DNA from: Gemmatimonadota bacterium | GTDB taxonomy: Bacteria; Gemmatimonadota; Gemmatimonadetes; Gemmatimonadales; GWC2-71-9 | Reading direction: 5' to 3' | NCBI GenBank assembly: GCA_024641735.1 | Contig: JAHECN010000001.1 | Span: forward strand, 1,036-65,035 | DNA length: 64,000 bases | Shown: in pieces, positions 9,070 to 18,206 of the stretch | How the letters are laid out: every line of letters begins with the position of its first letter | Numbering within the stretch: position 1 is the first letter of the stretch | The notes under the pieces: model-generated | Seen by the model: only the letters and a program-made list of their open reading frames with translations | Databases searched by the model: none | Told to the model about the DNA's origin: nothing | Program-made: the position numbers and the translations under genes

Positions 9070-10431
9070 ATGTCAGACACATTGATGATCTCGGTCTCCG
9101 GGATGCGCGGCCACGTTGGCAGTGACCTCACCCCGGAACTCGTTGCGCGCCATGCTGCCGCCCTCGGCGCCTGGGTCAAAAGCCGCGGTGGCGCGTCAGT
9201 GGTCATCGGGCGGGACGCGCGCACCTCGGGGCCAATGTTCACACTGGCGGCGACGGCCGGATTCCAGTCAGTCGGTATCGATGTGATCGATGTGGGCGTC
9301 GCGCCCACTCCCACGGTGCAGATGGCGGTGGAGTTCCATCACGCCGGCGCCGGATTGATCATCACCGCGAGCCACAACCCGATCGAATGGAACGCGCTCA
9401 AGTTCGTCGGCCCAGACGGCATCTTCCTCAATGCCGAGTCCGGTGCGGCCGTCCGTACGTTGGCGGAGCAGGGTCCCCCACGGAGCGGTTGGGATGGCAT
9501 TGGGGCCTACCGCGTGGATGACGAAGCGATCGCCCGCCACCTCGATGCGATCTGCGAACTCCCGGAGCTGGATATCCCCGCGATCCGTGCGGCGGGATTC
9601 CACGTGGCGCTCGACTGTGTGCGTGGCGCCGGTTCTCCCACGATGTTGGCGCTGTTCGAACGATTGAACGTCCGAGTCACCGGGATCAACCTCGAAGTCG
9701 ACGGCATCTTCCCGCGTGAGCCGGAACCAATTCCGGAGAACCTCGGCGCCCTGGGAGATCTGGTGCGTGCCTCTGGGGCCGACCTCGGGATGGCAGTGGA
9801 CCCTGACGTGGATCGGCTTGCGTTGGTTGACGAGACGGGCCACCCGATCGGGGAGGACTACACGCTGGCGATTGCCGCGGCCGCAGTGCTGGCGCGCCAG
9901 CCGTCAGGGAGTGGTCCCCATACGGTGGTGGCCAACCTGTCCACGTCGCTGGTCGTCGAGGACGCCGCCAAGGCTGGTGGGGCCCGCTTTCACCGGGCGC
10001 CGGTCGGTGAGGCCAACGTGGCCCGGGACATCGTCGGGGAGCGGGCGGTGATCGGCGGGGAAGGGAATGGCGGGGTGATCCTCCCCGCCCTCCACGTCGG
10101 GCGGGACGCCCCCCTTGGGGCGGCCCTCATCTTGCAACGGCTGGTGACCACAGGGGAACGACTGAGCGCCTTGGTGCGTTCGGCCCCCCAATACGTGATT
10201 GTGAAGGCGAAGGCGCCGCGGGGTGGCGACTTGGCGGCGCAGTATGCGGCGCTCAGGACGCTTTGGCCCGAGGCGACGGCGGACGACCGAGACGGGCTGC
10301 GGCTCTCCTGGCCCGACCGCTGGATCCACGTCCGTCCGTCCGGTACGGAGCCAATTGTCCGTTTGATTGCCGAGGCTCCAACGGGGGCCGACGCTGAAGC
10401 CCTGATTGCCCAGGCCCGCGCAGCGCGCTGA
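9070..10431 (+). CDS. glmM: Phosphoglucosamine mutase (alpha-D-phosphohexomutase family)
   Basis: 453 aa. N-terminal SVSGMRGHVG and active-site TASHNPIEWNALKF, giving a four-domain phosphohexomutase layout. The GlmM call leans on its position directly upstream of glmS. Confidence 0.8.
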   Translation: MSDTLMISVSGMRGHVGSDLTPELVARHAAALGAWVKSRGGASVVIGRDARTSGPMFTLAATAGFQSVGIDVIDVGVAPTPTVQMAVEFHHAGAGLIITASHNPIEWNALKFVGPDGIFLNAESGAAVRTLAEQGPPRSGWDGIGAYRVDDEAIARHLDAICELPELDIPAIRAAGFHVALDCVRGAGSPTMLALFERLNVRVTGINLEVDGIFPREPEPIPENLGALGDLVRASGADLGMAVDPDVDRLALVDETGHPIGEDYTLAIAAAAVLARQPSGSGPHTVVANLSTSLVVEDAAKAGGARFHRAPVGEANVARDIVGERAVIGGEGNGGVILPALHVGRDAPLGAALILQRLVTTGERLSALVRSAPQYVIVKAKAPRGGDLAAQYAALRTLWPEATADDRDGLRLSWPDRWIHVRPSGTEPIVRLIAEAPTGADAEALIAQARAAR

Positions 10432-10450
10432 GGCCACCGAGGAGTCGAGT

Positions 10451-12277
10451 ATGTGCGGAATTGTTGGTTATGTCGGACCCAGGCAGGCCGCCCCGATCCT
10501 CATGGAGGGGCTCAGGCGGATGGAATACCGGGGCTATGACTCGGCTGGAATCGCCATTCTCGATGACGGAGAGCTGGTCATTCGGAAGGCCGCTGGGAAG
10601 CTGGGCATCTTGGCCCAGGAGCTGGTCGGCGCCGAGCCGCAAGGCACCACCGGCATCGGCCACACCCGCTGGGCGACCCATGGTGCCCCAACAACGCCGA
10701 ACGCACACCCCCACACCGATCGGTCCGGGCGGATCGCCCTGATTCACAACGGCATCATCGAAAACGCCACCGCCATCCGCAAGACGCTCTTGGCGCGCGG
10801 GCACGAGTTCATCTCGGAGACCGACACCGAAGTGCTGGCGCACTTGGTCGGAGCATTCTACGAGGGGAATCTGGAGGAGGCGGTCGCCTCGGCGCTGCGT
10901 GACGTCGACGGCGCCTACGGTATTTGCGTGATCTCCGCGGACGAACCTGACGTGCTGGTCGTGGCCCGAAATGGCTCGCCAATCATCCTTGGCATCGGGG
11001 ACGGCGAGAACTTGGTGGCGTCCGATCAATCCGCGTTGGTGGAACACACCCGGTCGGTGGTCTATCTCGACAACGGTGAAATGGCGATCCTCACGCCAGA
11101 TGGCTATCGGGTGCGCACGCTGACGTCACGTCACGTCGACAAGCCGATCAACCAGATCGAATGGGATCTGGCCACGATCGAGCGGGGCGGCTTCGAACAC
11201 TTCATGCTCAAGGAGATCTTCGAGCAGCCTGAGTCGCTTGAGAACACCATGCGTGGACACTTGCTCGAGGAGAGCGGGAACGTCCGCGTCTATGGACTCA
11301 AGATGGATGACGAGCAGGCCAAGGCCGTCAAGCGCATCATCATCACCGCGTGCGGGACGTCGTGGCATTCGGCGCTGATCGGGAAGTACATGATCGAGGA
11401 GCTGGCGCGGATCCCGACCGAGGTGGAGTACGCCTCTGAATTTCGGTACCGCAATCCGATCGTGGACAAGGACACCTTGGTGATTGCCATCTCGCAGTCC
11501 GGCGAGACGGCAGACACCCTTGCCGCACTGCTGGAAGCGAAGCGGCGTGGTGCCAGCACCTTGGGGTTGGTGAACGTCGTCGGGTCGACGATTGCCCGCG
11601 AAGTGGATGGCGGTCTCTATCTGCGCTGCGGTCCAGAAATCGGCGTCGCAAGCACGAAGGCCTTCACGTCACAAGTGGCTGCGCTCGCGATGGTCACGCT
11701 CCGATTTGCACGCCTGAAAGACATGTCGTTGCTCGAGGGCCAAGAGTACGTCCGTGCCATGATGAAGCTCCCGTCACAGATTCAGGAAATTCTGGAGCGA
11801 GCGGACGAATTGGAGTCGTTGGCCGAGTCCTTCAAGGACTCGACCAATGCGCTGTACCTTGGCCGTGGGGTGAATTTCCCGGCGGCGCTTGAAGGGGCGC
11901 TCAAGTTGAAGGAGATCTCCTACATCCACGCCGAGGGCTATCCCGCGGCCGAGATGAAGCATGGTCCCATCGCGCTGATCGACGAGAACATGCCCGTCGT
12001 TGTTGTCGCACCGCGCGACGCCGTGCACGGCAAGATCGTATCGAACATCCAGGAAGTGCGGGCACGCGGCGGCAGGGTGATCGCGATCGTCAACGCCGGC
12101 GACGAGGAAATCTCCCAGCTCGCCGAGGCGACCTTCATCGTTCCCGAGACGCTGGACTTGTTGACGCCGATCCTTACCGTCATCCCGCTGCAGCTCTTTT
12201 CGTATTACGTGGCAGTCGCGCGCGGGTGCAATGTTGATCAGCCACGCAACCTCGCGAAGTCTGTCACGGTGGAGTAG
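10451..12277 (+). CDS. glmS: Glutamine-fructose-6-phosphate aminotransferase
   Basis: ATG at 10451 gives the canonical MCGIVGY N-terminus (Cys2 nucleophile). Two SIS domains and a C-terminal ...LAKSVTVE. Confidence 0.97.
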   Translation: MCGIVGYVGPRQAAPILMEGLRRMEYRGYDSAGIAILDDGELVIRKAAGKLGILAQELVGAEPQGTTGIGHTRWATHGAPTTPNAHPHTDRSGRIALIHNGIIENATAIRKTLLARGHEFISETDTEVLAHLVGAFYEGNLEEAVASALRDVDGAYGICVISADEPDVLVVARNGSPIILGIGDGENLVASDQSALVEHTRSVVYLDNGEMAILTPDGYRVRTLTSRHVDKPINQIEWDLATIERGGFEHFMLKEIFEQPESLENTMRGHLLEESGNVRVYGLKMDDEQAKAVKRIIITACGTSWHSALIGKYMIEELARIPTEVEYASEFRYRNPIVDKDTLVIAISQSGETADTLAALLEAKRRGASTLGLVNVVGSTIAREVDGGLYLRCGPEIGVASTKAFTSQVAALAMVTLRFARLKDMSLLEGQEYVRAMMKLPSQIQEILERADELESLAESFKDSTNALYLGRGVNFPAALEGALKLKEISYIHAEGYPAAEMKHGPIALIDENMPVVVVAPRDAVHGKIVSNIQEVRARGGRVIAIVNAGDEEISQLAEATFIVPETLDLLTPILTVIPLQLFSYYVAVARGCNVDQPRNLAKSVTVE

Positions 12278-12282
12278 GCCGC

Positions 12283-12882
12283 TCACGGCCGCCACCCCAC
12301 ACCGAGTCCAATGCCCAACCGCCGCCCGGCACGCACTGCGTAGCCGGGCGGTAGTTCTTCGGGGCCAAAGAGCGAGCCGCTCACGGCACCTTCCGCGCGG
12401 ACGATCCCTGACCAGTGTGGGGTGAACGGGACGGCACCCTCGAGCGCGGCCGTCCCGACCGTCACGGTGCGCGCATCGCCACCACTGACCGGGAAGGTCC
12501 AGCGCTCCCGTGTCGCGCCGAGCACTCCGTAGAGGTTTGGCAGCACGCCCACGCCAAGGATCCGGCGCCCCACCTCGACTCCGCCGCCCCACGCCGCCAG
12601 ATCACCGCGCGTGACGATGGCCGTCTCTGACCCACGCAGGGTGAGGTCTGAGGTGGTTCGATGGAGCGCAAGTCCGAAGCGCCACGGCCCGTAGTCGCGA
12701 CTCGCGGTGAGTGCGAGCATGCTGGGCCGGTCCGGGCCAACCTCCAGCTGTTCCGTCGCATCCTGGATGTGGGCATGGCCGGTTGATCGGGCGCTCGAGC
12801 CGAGGAGGGAGAACTGCCACTGTGCGTGGAGCGAGGCGGGGAGTGCAATGAGGACGAAGAAGGCGGCGTGGCGGCGTGACAT
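12283..12882 (-). CDS. Hypothetical secreted/outer-membrane beta-barrel-like protein
   Basis: ATG at 12882 gives the signal peptide [21 protein letters not shown]. The mature part is Gly/aromatic-rich with an alternating pattern. I recognise no family motif. Confidence 0.55.
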   Translation of the reverse strand: MSRRHAAFFVLIALPASLHAQWQFSLLGSSARSTGHAHIQDATEQLEVGPDRPSMLALTASRDYGPWRFGLALHRTTSDLTLRGSETAIVTRGDLAAWGGGVEVGRRILGVGVLPNLYGVLGATRERWTFPVSGGDARTVTVGTAALEGAVPFTPHWSGIVRAEGAVSGSLFGPEELPPGYAVRAGRRLGIGLGVGWRP

Positions 12883-12981
12883 GGGCACTCCGGTTGGGGT
12901 TGCCGCCATGCTAGCCCCCGAGCGTCAACGCATCCTCAACGCCGGTCCCGATCCTCAGAAGGCGTGCGCTATCTTTCCGGA

Positions 12982-13428
12982 ATGCGAATAGTCTTGCAGC
13001 GGGTGCGGGAGGCCTCGGTCACGATCGCGGGATCCGTGGTGGGCGCCGTGAATCAGGGATTTCTTCTGCTGGTCGGCTTCGCCCCGGGCGACACGCGCGC
13101 CGAGGCGGAGTGGCTGGCCGAGAAGGTGGTGGGATTGCGGCTCTTCAGTGACGCGGATGGGAAGATGAATCTGGATCTGGCTGCGGTGGGCGGTGAGCTT
13201 CTGGTGGTCTCCCAATTCACACTCTATGGTGATGCATCCCGCGGTCGGCGGCCCTCGTTCATCGCGGCGGCGCGGCCGGAGGAAGCGATCCCGCTGTATG
13301 AGCACTTCCTCGCAACACTGCGTGCCATGGGGTGCCGAGTGGCGGCTGGAGAGTTCGGCGCGGACATGCAGGTCGCCCTCGTCAACGATGGTCCGGTGAC
13401 ACTTCTCCTGGAGCGCTCCCCCGAATGA
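12982..13428 (+). CDS. dtd: D-aminoacyl-tRNA deacylase
   Basis: MRIVLQRV... start at 12982, with SQFTLYGD and NDGPVT motifs. 148 aa. Confidence 0.93.
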   Translation: MRIVLQRVREASVTIAGSVVGAVNQGFLLLVGFAPGDTRAEAEWLAEKVVGLRLFSDADGKMNLDLAAVGGELLVVSQFTLYGDASRGRRPSFIAAARPEEAIPLYEHFLATLRAMGCRVAAGEFGADMQVALVNDGPVTLLLERSPE

Positions 13429-13994
13429 TGCCGACGCTGGTCCTTGCCTCTGCCTCGCCACGGCGTCGGCAGTTGCTCGAGATGCTGCACCTGCCGATTC
13501 TCGTCATGCCGGCAGACGTGCAGGAAATTCCGCTTCCGCGAGAAGCGCCGGCCGCCTACTCGCGCCGATTGGCGCGTGACAAGGCTGGTGCGGTGCCCGG
13601 ACAACTCATTCTGGGCGCGGATACCATCGTGGTCCTCGATGGCGAAATCCTCGAAAAGCCTGCGGACGTTGAACACGCCGTCGCGATGCTGCTGCGACTG
13701 CAGGGGCGCAGTCACACCGTGATTACCTCCATCTGTCTGATCGCCAATGGTCTCGCACTCGAAGCCGCGGATGAAACGACGGTCACCTTTCGGCCAGCGA
13801 CGGAGGAGTATCTCCGCGCGTATGTCGCCACCGGCGAACCGATGGACAAGGCCGGATCCTATGGCATCCAGGGGTGGGGTGCGGCGCTGGTCGAACGGAT
13901 CGAGGGCGATTTCTTCAGCGTGATGGGATTGCCCGTGCGGCTGGTATTGGAGTTGTTGGAGGAGGCGGGGTATGGATACAGGTTCGAGTCGTGA
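13425..13994 (+). CDS. maf: Maf-family nucleoside triphosphate pyrophosphatase
   Basis: The [18 protein letters not shown] start overlaps the dtd stop (ATGA). [10 protein letters not shown] motif present. The last codons, TTC GAG TCG TGA, lie inside hairpin H3. Confidence 0.9.
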   Translation: MMPTLVLASASPRRRQLLEMLHLPILVMPADVQEIPLPREAPAAYSRRLARDKAGAVPGQLILGADTIVVLDGEILEKPADVEHAVAMLLRLQGRSHTVITSICLIANGLALEAADETTVTFRPATEEYLRAYVATGEPMDKAGSYGIQGWGAALVERIEGDFFSVMGLPVRLVLELLEEAGYGYRFES

Positions 13995-14067
13995 GTCGCG
14001 AGTCGTGAGAGGAGCGACGGGGGGTGCCAAGCCTCTCTCACGACCAACGACTCACGACTCAAGACTC
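13986..14067. repeat. Heptad-built hairpin H3 (GAGTCG type) between convergent maf and trpE
   Basis: The left arm (13986-14012) is GAGTCGT GAGTCGC GAGTCGT GAGAGG, with a 19-nt loop. The right arm (14032-14067) is cctctctcacgaccaacgactcacgactcaagactc. Both flanking genes stop inside the arms. Confidence 0.75.
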
Positions 14068-15542
14068 ATTGCAAGCGCCAGCAACACCGCCCCCGCCTTC
14101 GCGACCGTTTCCTCAAACTCCGCCTGCGGTTGCGAGTCCGCCACGATCCCGGCGCCGGCCTGGACGTAGGCGGTGCCGCCGGTGAAGACCACCGACCGAA
14201 TCGCAATCGCGGTATCGAGCGTGCGAGCACCGTACCCGACGTAGCCCACCGCGCCGGCGTACGGACCGCGCCGGGTCGGCTCCAACGTGTCAATGATCTG
14301 CATCGCCCGGACCTTGGGCGCGCCGCTGACGGTGCCCGCCGGGAAGGTCGCTGCGAGGGCATCGAGGGCGTCGAGCCCATTGCGCAGCATGCCCCGGACT
14401 TCGCTGACCAGGTGCATCACGCGAGAGTATCGCTCGGTGACCATCTGCTGCACGACGCGCACCGTGCCATACTCGGCCACGCGTCCAACATCGTTGCGGC
14501 CGAGATCGACCAGCATCAAATGCTCGGCACGTTCCTTCGCGTCGGCGTGCATCTCCGCCTCAAGCGCGAGATCGTGCGCGTGATCGCGCCCTCGCGGTCG
14601 GGTCCCCGCGATCGGACGGACCGTGACCTCGTCTTGTTCGACGCGCACCAGTACTTCGGGTGATGCGCCGGCGATCTGCAGCGGCCCGAGTGCCAGATAG
14701 AAGCAATAGGGTGACGGGTTCATCGCGCGGAGCCAGCGGTACGTCAGGAACGGGTCAGGTGCCGGCGTGACATCCATGCGCCGAGAAAGGACGATTTGGA
14801 AAGCATCGCCGGCCGCCACGTACTCCTTGCAGCGCGCCACGTCGCGTCGGTAGTCGTCGTCCGCGTAGGGTGAGGACGCGGCGGCGGGTGCGACCTCTCT
14901 GGGAGTGAGCGGAGCGAGTTGCCCCGGCACCCCGAGGCGGTCGATCCACTCGCCCATGCGCGTTTCCGCCGCGCTGATGCGGCGGTGCAGTGTTGCGTCG
15001 TCCAGCGCTGGGGAGACGGCGACGTTGGCGATCACGATGGCACGGTGATACAAGTTGTCGAGCACGAGGAGGGTGTCCACGACCATCGCGACGGCATCCG
15101 GAAGGTCACGATCGTCGGGCGGTGCGTCCGGAAGCGATTCAATGCCACGCACGACGTCATAGCCCCAGAAGCCGACCGCACCACCAGTGAACCGCGGCAG
15201 TCCCTCGATCGGCATGGCGCGATCTTGCCGCAGGAGATCACCCAGATGGGCGAGTGGCGGAAGTGCGTTCGAGTGGATCTCCCAGGTGCCGTCTGGCCGG
15301 CGCTGTTCCGCGCGGTTGCCGCGATACCGGAACACGGATTCCGGCTCGGTGGCGAGGAAGGAATAGCGCGCCCACCGTTCACCACCCTCGAGGGATTCGA
15401 GCAGGAAGCCGTATTCGCCAACGTGCACCTTCGCGAATGCGGAGACTGGCGTATCGCCGTCGAGGACCACGGCGCGGGTCAGGGGCACCCGAGTGTATCC
15501 CGCCTCCGCGGCCATCCGGCACTGCGCGAAGATGTCGCTCAT
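14052..15542 (-). CDS. trpE: Anthranilate synthase component I
   Basis: 496 aa of full-length chorismate-binding enzyme similarity (…LESLEGGERWARYSF…, …GAVGYVGY…). Ends ...ATG AGT CTT GAG TCG TGA inside H3. Confidence 0.95.
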   Translation of the reverse strand: MSDIFAQCRMAAEAGYTRVPLTRAVVLDGDTPVSAFAKVHVGEYGFLLESLEGGERWARYSFLATEPESVFRYRGNRAEQRRPDGTWEIHSNALPPLAHLGDLLRQDRAMPIEGLPRFTGGAVGFWGYDVVRGIESLPDAPPDDRDLPDAVAMVVDTLLVLDNLYHRAIVIANVAVSPALDDATLHRRISAAETRMGEWIDRLGVPGQLAPLTPREVAPAAASSPYADDDYRRDVARCKEYVAAGDAFQIVLSRRMDVTPAPDPFLTYRWLRAMNPSPYCFYLALGPLQIAGASPEVLVRVEQDEVTVRPIAGTRPRGRDHAHDLALEAEMHADAKERAEHLMLVDLGRNDVGRVAEYGTVRVVQQMVTERYSRVMHLVSEVRGMLRNGLDALDALAATFPAGTVSGAPKVRAMQIIDTLEPTRRGPYAGAVGYVGYGARTLDTAIAIRSVVFTGGTAYVQAGAGIVADSQPQAEFEETVAKAGAVLLALAMSLES

Positions 15543-16102
15543 CGTGGGGCCGCCAGCAGATAGGTTCCCGCACGTGCGATCGCGAAGCGCAACATGTCGC
15601 CTGCGGGTCGCTCACTGGGAAGGAAGAGCACCTTGGTGGTGTCGGTCAGGCGTGCCGCACCGAGCGCCGCTTCGAGGCGCGCCGACGTGGGGTAGCGTGC
15701 CGTGGATCCCGTCGGGGCAGAGAAGTGCGCCGCGTAGGAAAAGGTGCCCAAGGCAAATCCGACAAAGGTGTCATCGGTGTCGATCGCCATGCCGTAGCGG
15801 CCGGGAAGCGGGCGGACGCGCACGGTAATGCTGTCGCCCTGTGCGGCGGTCAGGATCCCCGGCGGGAAGGTCAAGATCGCGAAGACGGCGTGGTCCGGTC
15901 GGGGGTGACGAATGACGATCGTGCGTCCCGTGGCCGCCGAGAAGCGCACGACGGTGTCGGTTGGGGATGGCCCGAGGCGGTCGAGCAGCCACACCTCCGT
16001 CAAGGCAACGGCGGAGCCGTTCCCGACGGTCGGGAGGGGTGCGCCAGGCTGGGGAAGTGGGGCCGAGGTAGCGCACGCCGTGAGGAGTGCAACGGAGAGC
16101 AC
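15539..16102 (-). CDS. Hypothetical lipoprotein (start uncertain)
   Basis: The C-terminal about 185 aa of track ORF 15539-17440 reads like a real protein (…VALLTACATSAPLPQPG…, lipobox LTAC). The only in-frame start near the signal peptide is GTG at 16102. Its stop overlaps the trpE start by 4 nt. Confidence 0.55.
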   Translation of the reverse strand: MLSVALLTACATSAPLPQPGAPLPTVGNGSAVALTEVWLLDRLGPSPTDTVVRFSAATGRTIVIRHPRPDHAVFAILTFPPGILTAAQGDSITVRVRPLPGRYGMAIDTDDTFVGFALGTFSYAAHFSAPTGSTARYPTSARLEAALGAARLTDTTKVLFLPSERPAGDMLRFAIARAGTYLLAAPR

Positions 16103-16114
16103 TACCTTCCAGCC

Positions 16115-18133
16115 ATGCGACCTCTGCTCACGCCAGCCATCCTTGCGCTGGCTCTTGCCCTGCCTGGCGCTCCGGTCGCCGCCCAGCAATGGCAACGTGG
16201 CGACACGTCGGCGCTCCTGGTCCGGGCCAGCACGCAACGGTTGACCCGCGACGCAGATACCCTCCTGGCCGCGTGGCGCGCGTCGGCGCACGGCGTGGTG
16301 CGGATGGCGTCGATCATGGATCACGGGGGCACATCCCAAGAGCGAGTGATACGAGCAGACCAACTTGAAGTCGAAGTGTACGGGGAGGCCCCGAACCGAC
16401 ACAAGCAGTTCATCATTGCGTGGCGTGACTCCTCGTTTCTGCCCAACCGCATTCGGTACCACCGCGATCACCTCGGAATCGTTGCCAATGACTTCGGCAG
16501 CACCCTGCGCCTGGGGGAAGGAGAGGAGGTCCGCGATGTCCTCCATCCGCTCTCGCCGGAAGGGCTGACGCGCTACGAGTTCGCGGTAGGCGACACTCTC
16601 CAGATTGCCGGACCGAAGGGAACCGTCCGCGTGGTCTCCGTCCAAGTGCGCCCCGTCGACCCCAATGCCGCGGCTACCGTCGGGACGCTCTATCTCGACG
16701 CGGATCGCGCCGTGCTGGTGCGCTTTCGCTTCACCTTCACGGCCATCGCGTATCGCGATCCGACCGTCGAAGACATCACGGTGACACTCGAGAACGCACT
16801 GCTGGAAGGCGTCCGGTGGCTCCCCTGGCGGCAATCGATCGTGATACGGCGGGGCACACCGTGGCTGGACCTTCCCATCCGCACCGTGCTTCGCGCCGAC
16901 TGGACGATCGACGACTACGAGCTCGGCGTCACGCACCCCGCCGAAAGATTCTTGGGATTTTTCGTCGATGGACTGCGCCGGCCGGGCGGAACCTTCGCTT
17001 GGCAGGGTGCGCTGGCAGATCGATTGGAGATCCTGCCTCACGCCGAGGAGTCGATTGCGGCGGCACAACGCGACGCTGCCAGCGCGGTCGGCAAACGTCT
17101 CCTGGCAGGCCTTCCCTCGACCAGGCTGCTCGCTGGTGGGCTCTCCGATCTCGTGCGCATCAACCGGGTGAGCGGCGTGACACCGGGGCTCGGGGCTCGA
17201 ATGTCGCTCGGGGCCGGGGTGACCGCACGTCTCTACGGCGGCGTTGGACTGAGTGATGGTCGCGTCTTGGGCAGGGTGTCGGTGGGCGGGGACGTGGGGG
17301 GCGCGGCGTGGACGATCGGTGCCGGACGTGAATTGACGGATTTGGGCGATGCCCCCTCGAGTAGCGGATTCTCGGCGTCCCTTCGCGCGCTGCTGAACGG
17401 GAGTGATCCCGGGGACTGGACTTTGGTGGAGCGCGTCCATGCCGGGGTGCGCTTTCCCACATCGTCTGGTACGACGGGAATCGAGGTGGGCCGGGAATGG
17501 TCGTGGTCCGTCCCGACAGACTTCACGCCGCTCTTCGGCGATCGCACCCGAAACATCCCCTTGGGGAGTGGCGGCGCCACCGTGCTACGAGCCGTGCTCG
17601 ATCAGCGGGATGCGCACGGGGAAGGGTGGTTGCTTCACGCCGAGGCAGGCCACGCCAGCATGGGATGGAGGCGGGTCCATTGGGCGGGGCGGACGTCGGT
17701 GGGCGTCAAAGCCGGACGCGTCGTGCTGGCGGGGGAATTCGGATTGGGGAGCGAGGGTCTACCGGGCTACCGGAACTTCGTCCTTGGCGGGAGAGGGACT
17801 CTCCCTGGGCTTCCCTACCGGTCCCTCGGTGGGCAACGGATGGGACGTGTGGAGGTTGGTTGGGCACTCCCGCTCGCGGTGCCAACCCCACCAATCCCCA
17901 ACGCTCGGGCCCTTTCGCTCCCCTCGACCTTGACGCCGTTTCTGGCCGTCGGAGTCGCCGGCGGCGATCAGCCTGCCTACCCCTGGCGCGCCAGTGCACG
18001 CCTGGAACCGGTGGCGGGCGGGTATCTCGATCTCTGGGGCCCCCTCCTCCGGATCGAGGGGGGAATTGGGCTGCGATCGGGCCATCTCGCGTTCGGTTTC
18101 GATATCCACCCGGATTGGTGGCCCCTCTTCTAG
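16115..18133 (+). CDS. Hypothetical outer-membrane protein with an Omp85/surface-antigen-like C-terminal barrel
   Basis: ATG at 16115 gives the signal peptide MRPLLTPAILALALALPGAPVAAQQ. The C-terminal half is Gly-rich and beta-strand-like, with LGGRGTLPGLPYRSLGG (Omp85-like) and a terminal ...DWWPLF. I saw no POTRA motif. Confidence 0.65.
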   Translation: MRPLLTPAILALALALPGAPVAAQQWQRGDTSALLVRASTQRLTRDADTLLAAWRASAHGVVRMASIMDHGGTSQERVIRADQLEVEVYGEAPNRHKQFIIAWRDSSFLPNRIRYHRDHLGIVANDFGSTLRLGEGEEVRDVLHPLSPEGLTRYEFAVGDTLQIAGPKGTVRVVSVQVRPVDPNAAATVGTLYLDADRAVLVRFRFTFTAIAYRDPTVEDITVTLENALLEGVRWLPWRQSIVIRRGTPWLDLPIRTVLRADWTIDDYELGVTHPAERFLGFFVDGLRRPGGTFAWQGALADRLEILPHAEESIAAAQRDAASAVGKRLLAGLPSTRLLAGGLSDLVRINRVSGVTPGLGARMSLGAGVTARLYGGVGLSDGRVLGRVSVGGDVGGAAWTIGAGRELTDLGDAPSSSGFSASLRALLNGSDPGDWTLVERVHAGVRFPTSSGTTGIEVGREWSWSVPTDFTPLFGDRTRNIPLGSGGATVLRAVLDQRDAHGEGWLLHAEAGHASMGWRRVHWAGRTSVGVKAGRVVLAGEFGLGSEGLPGYRNFVLGGRGTLPGLPYRSLGGQRMGRVEVGWALPLAVPTPPIPNARALSLPSTLTPFLAVGVAGGDQPAYPWRASARLEPVAGGYLDLWGPLLRIEGGIGLRSGHLAFGFDIHPDWWPLF

Positions 18134-18206
18134 GCCGGGCGGCCAGATGCGTGCGCTGGCGTGGCTTTGTGTGGCTCCCCCCGCCTGAGGTGCCTACCTT
18201 TAGGGC

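Noticed and set aside
10432-10450. Possible glmS ribozyme or riboswitch upstream of glmS
   Set aside because: The glmM-glmS spacer is only 19 nt, which leaves no room for a structured leader.
16103-17440. Upstream two-thirds of track ORF 15539-17440 (-), and the 15254-16114 portion of track ORF 15254-18133 (+)
   Set aside because: Only the segments downstream of the signal peptides read like proteins. The extensions are antisense to the neighbouring real genes (the Omp85-like gene and trpE/lipoprotein, respectively).
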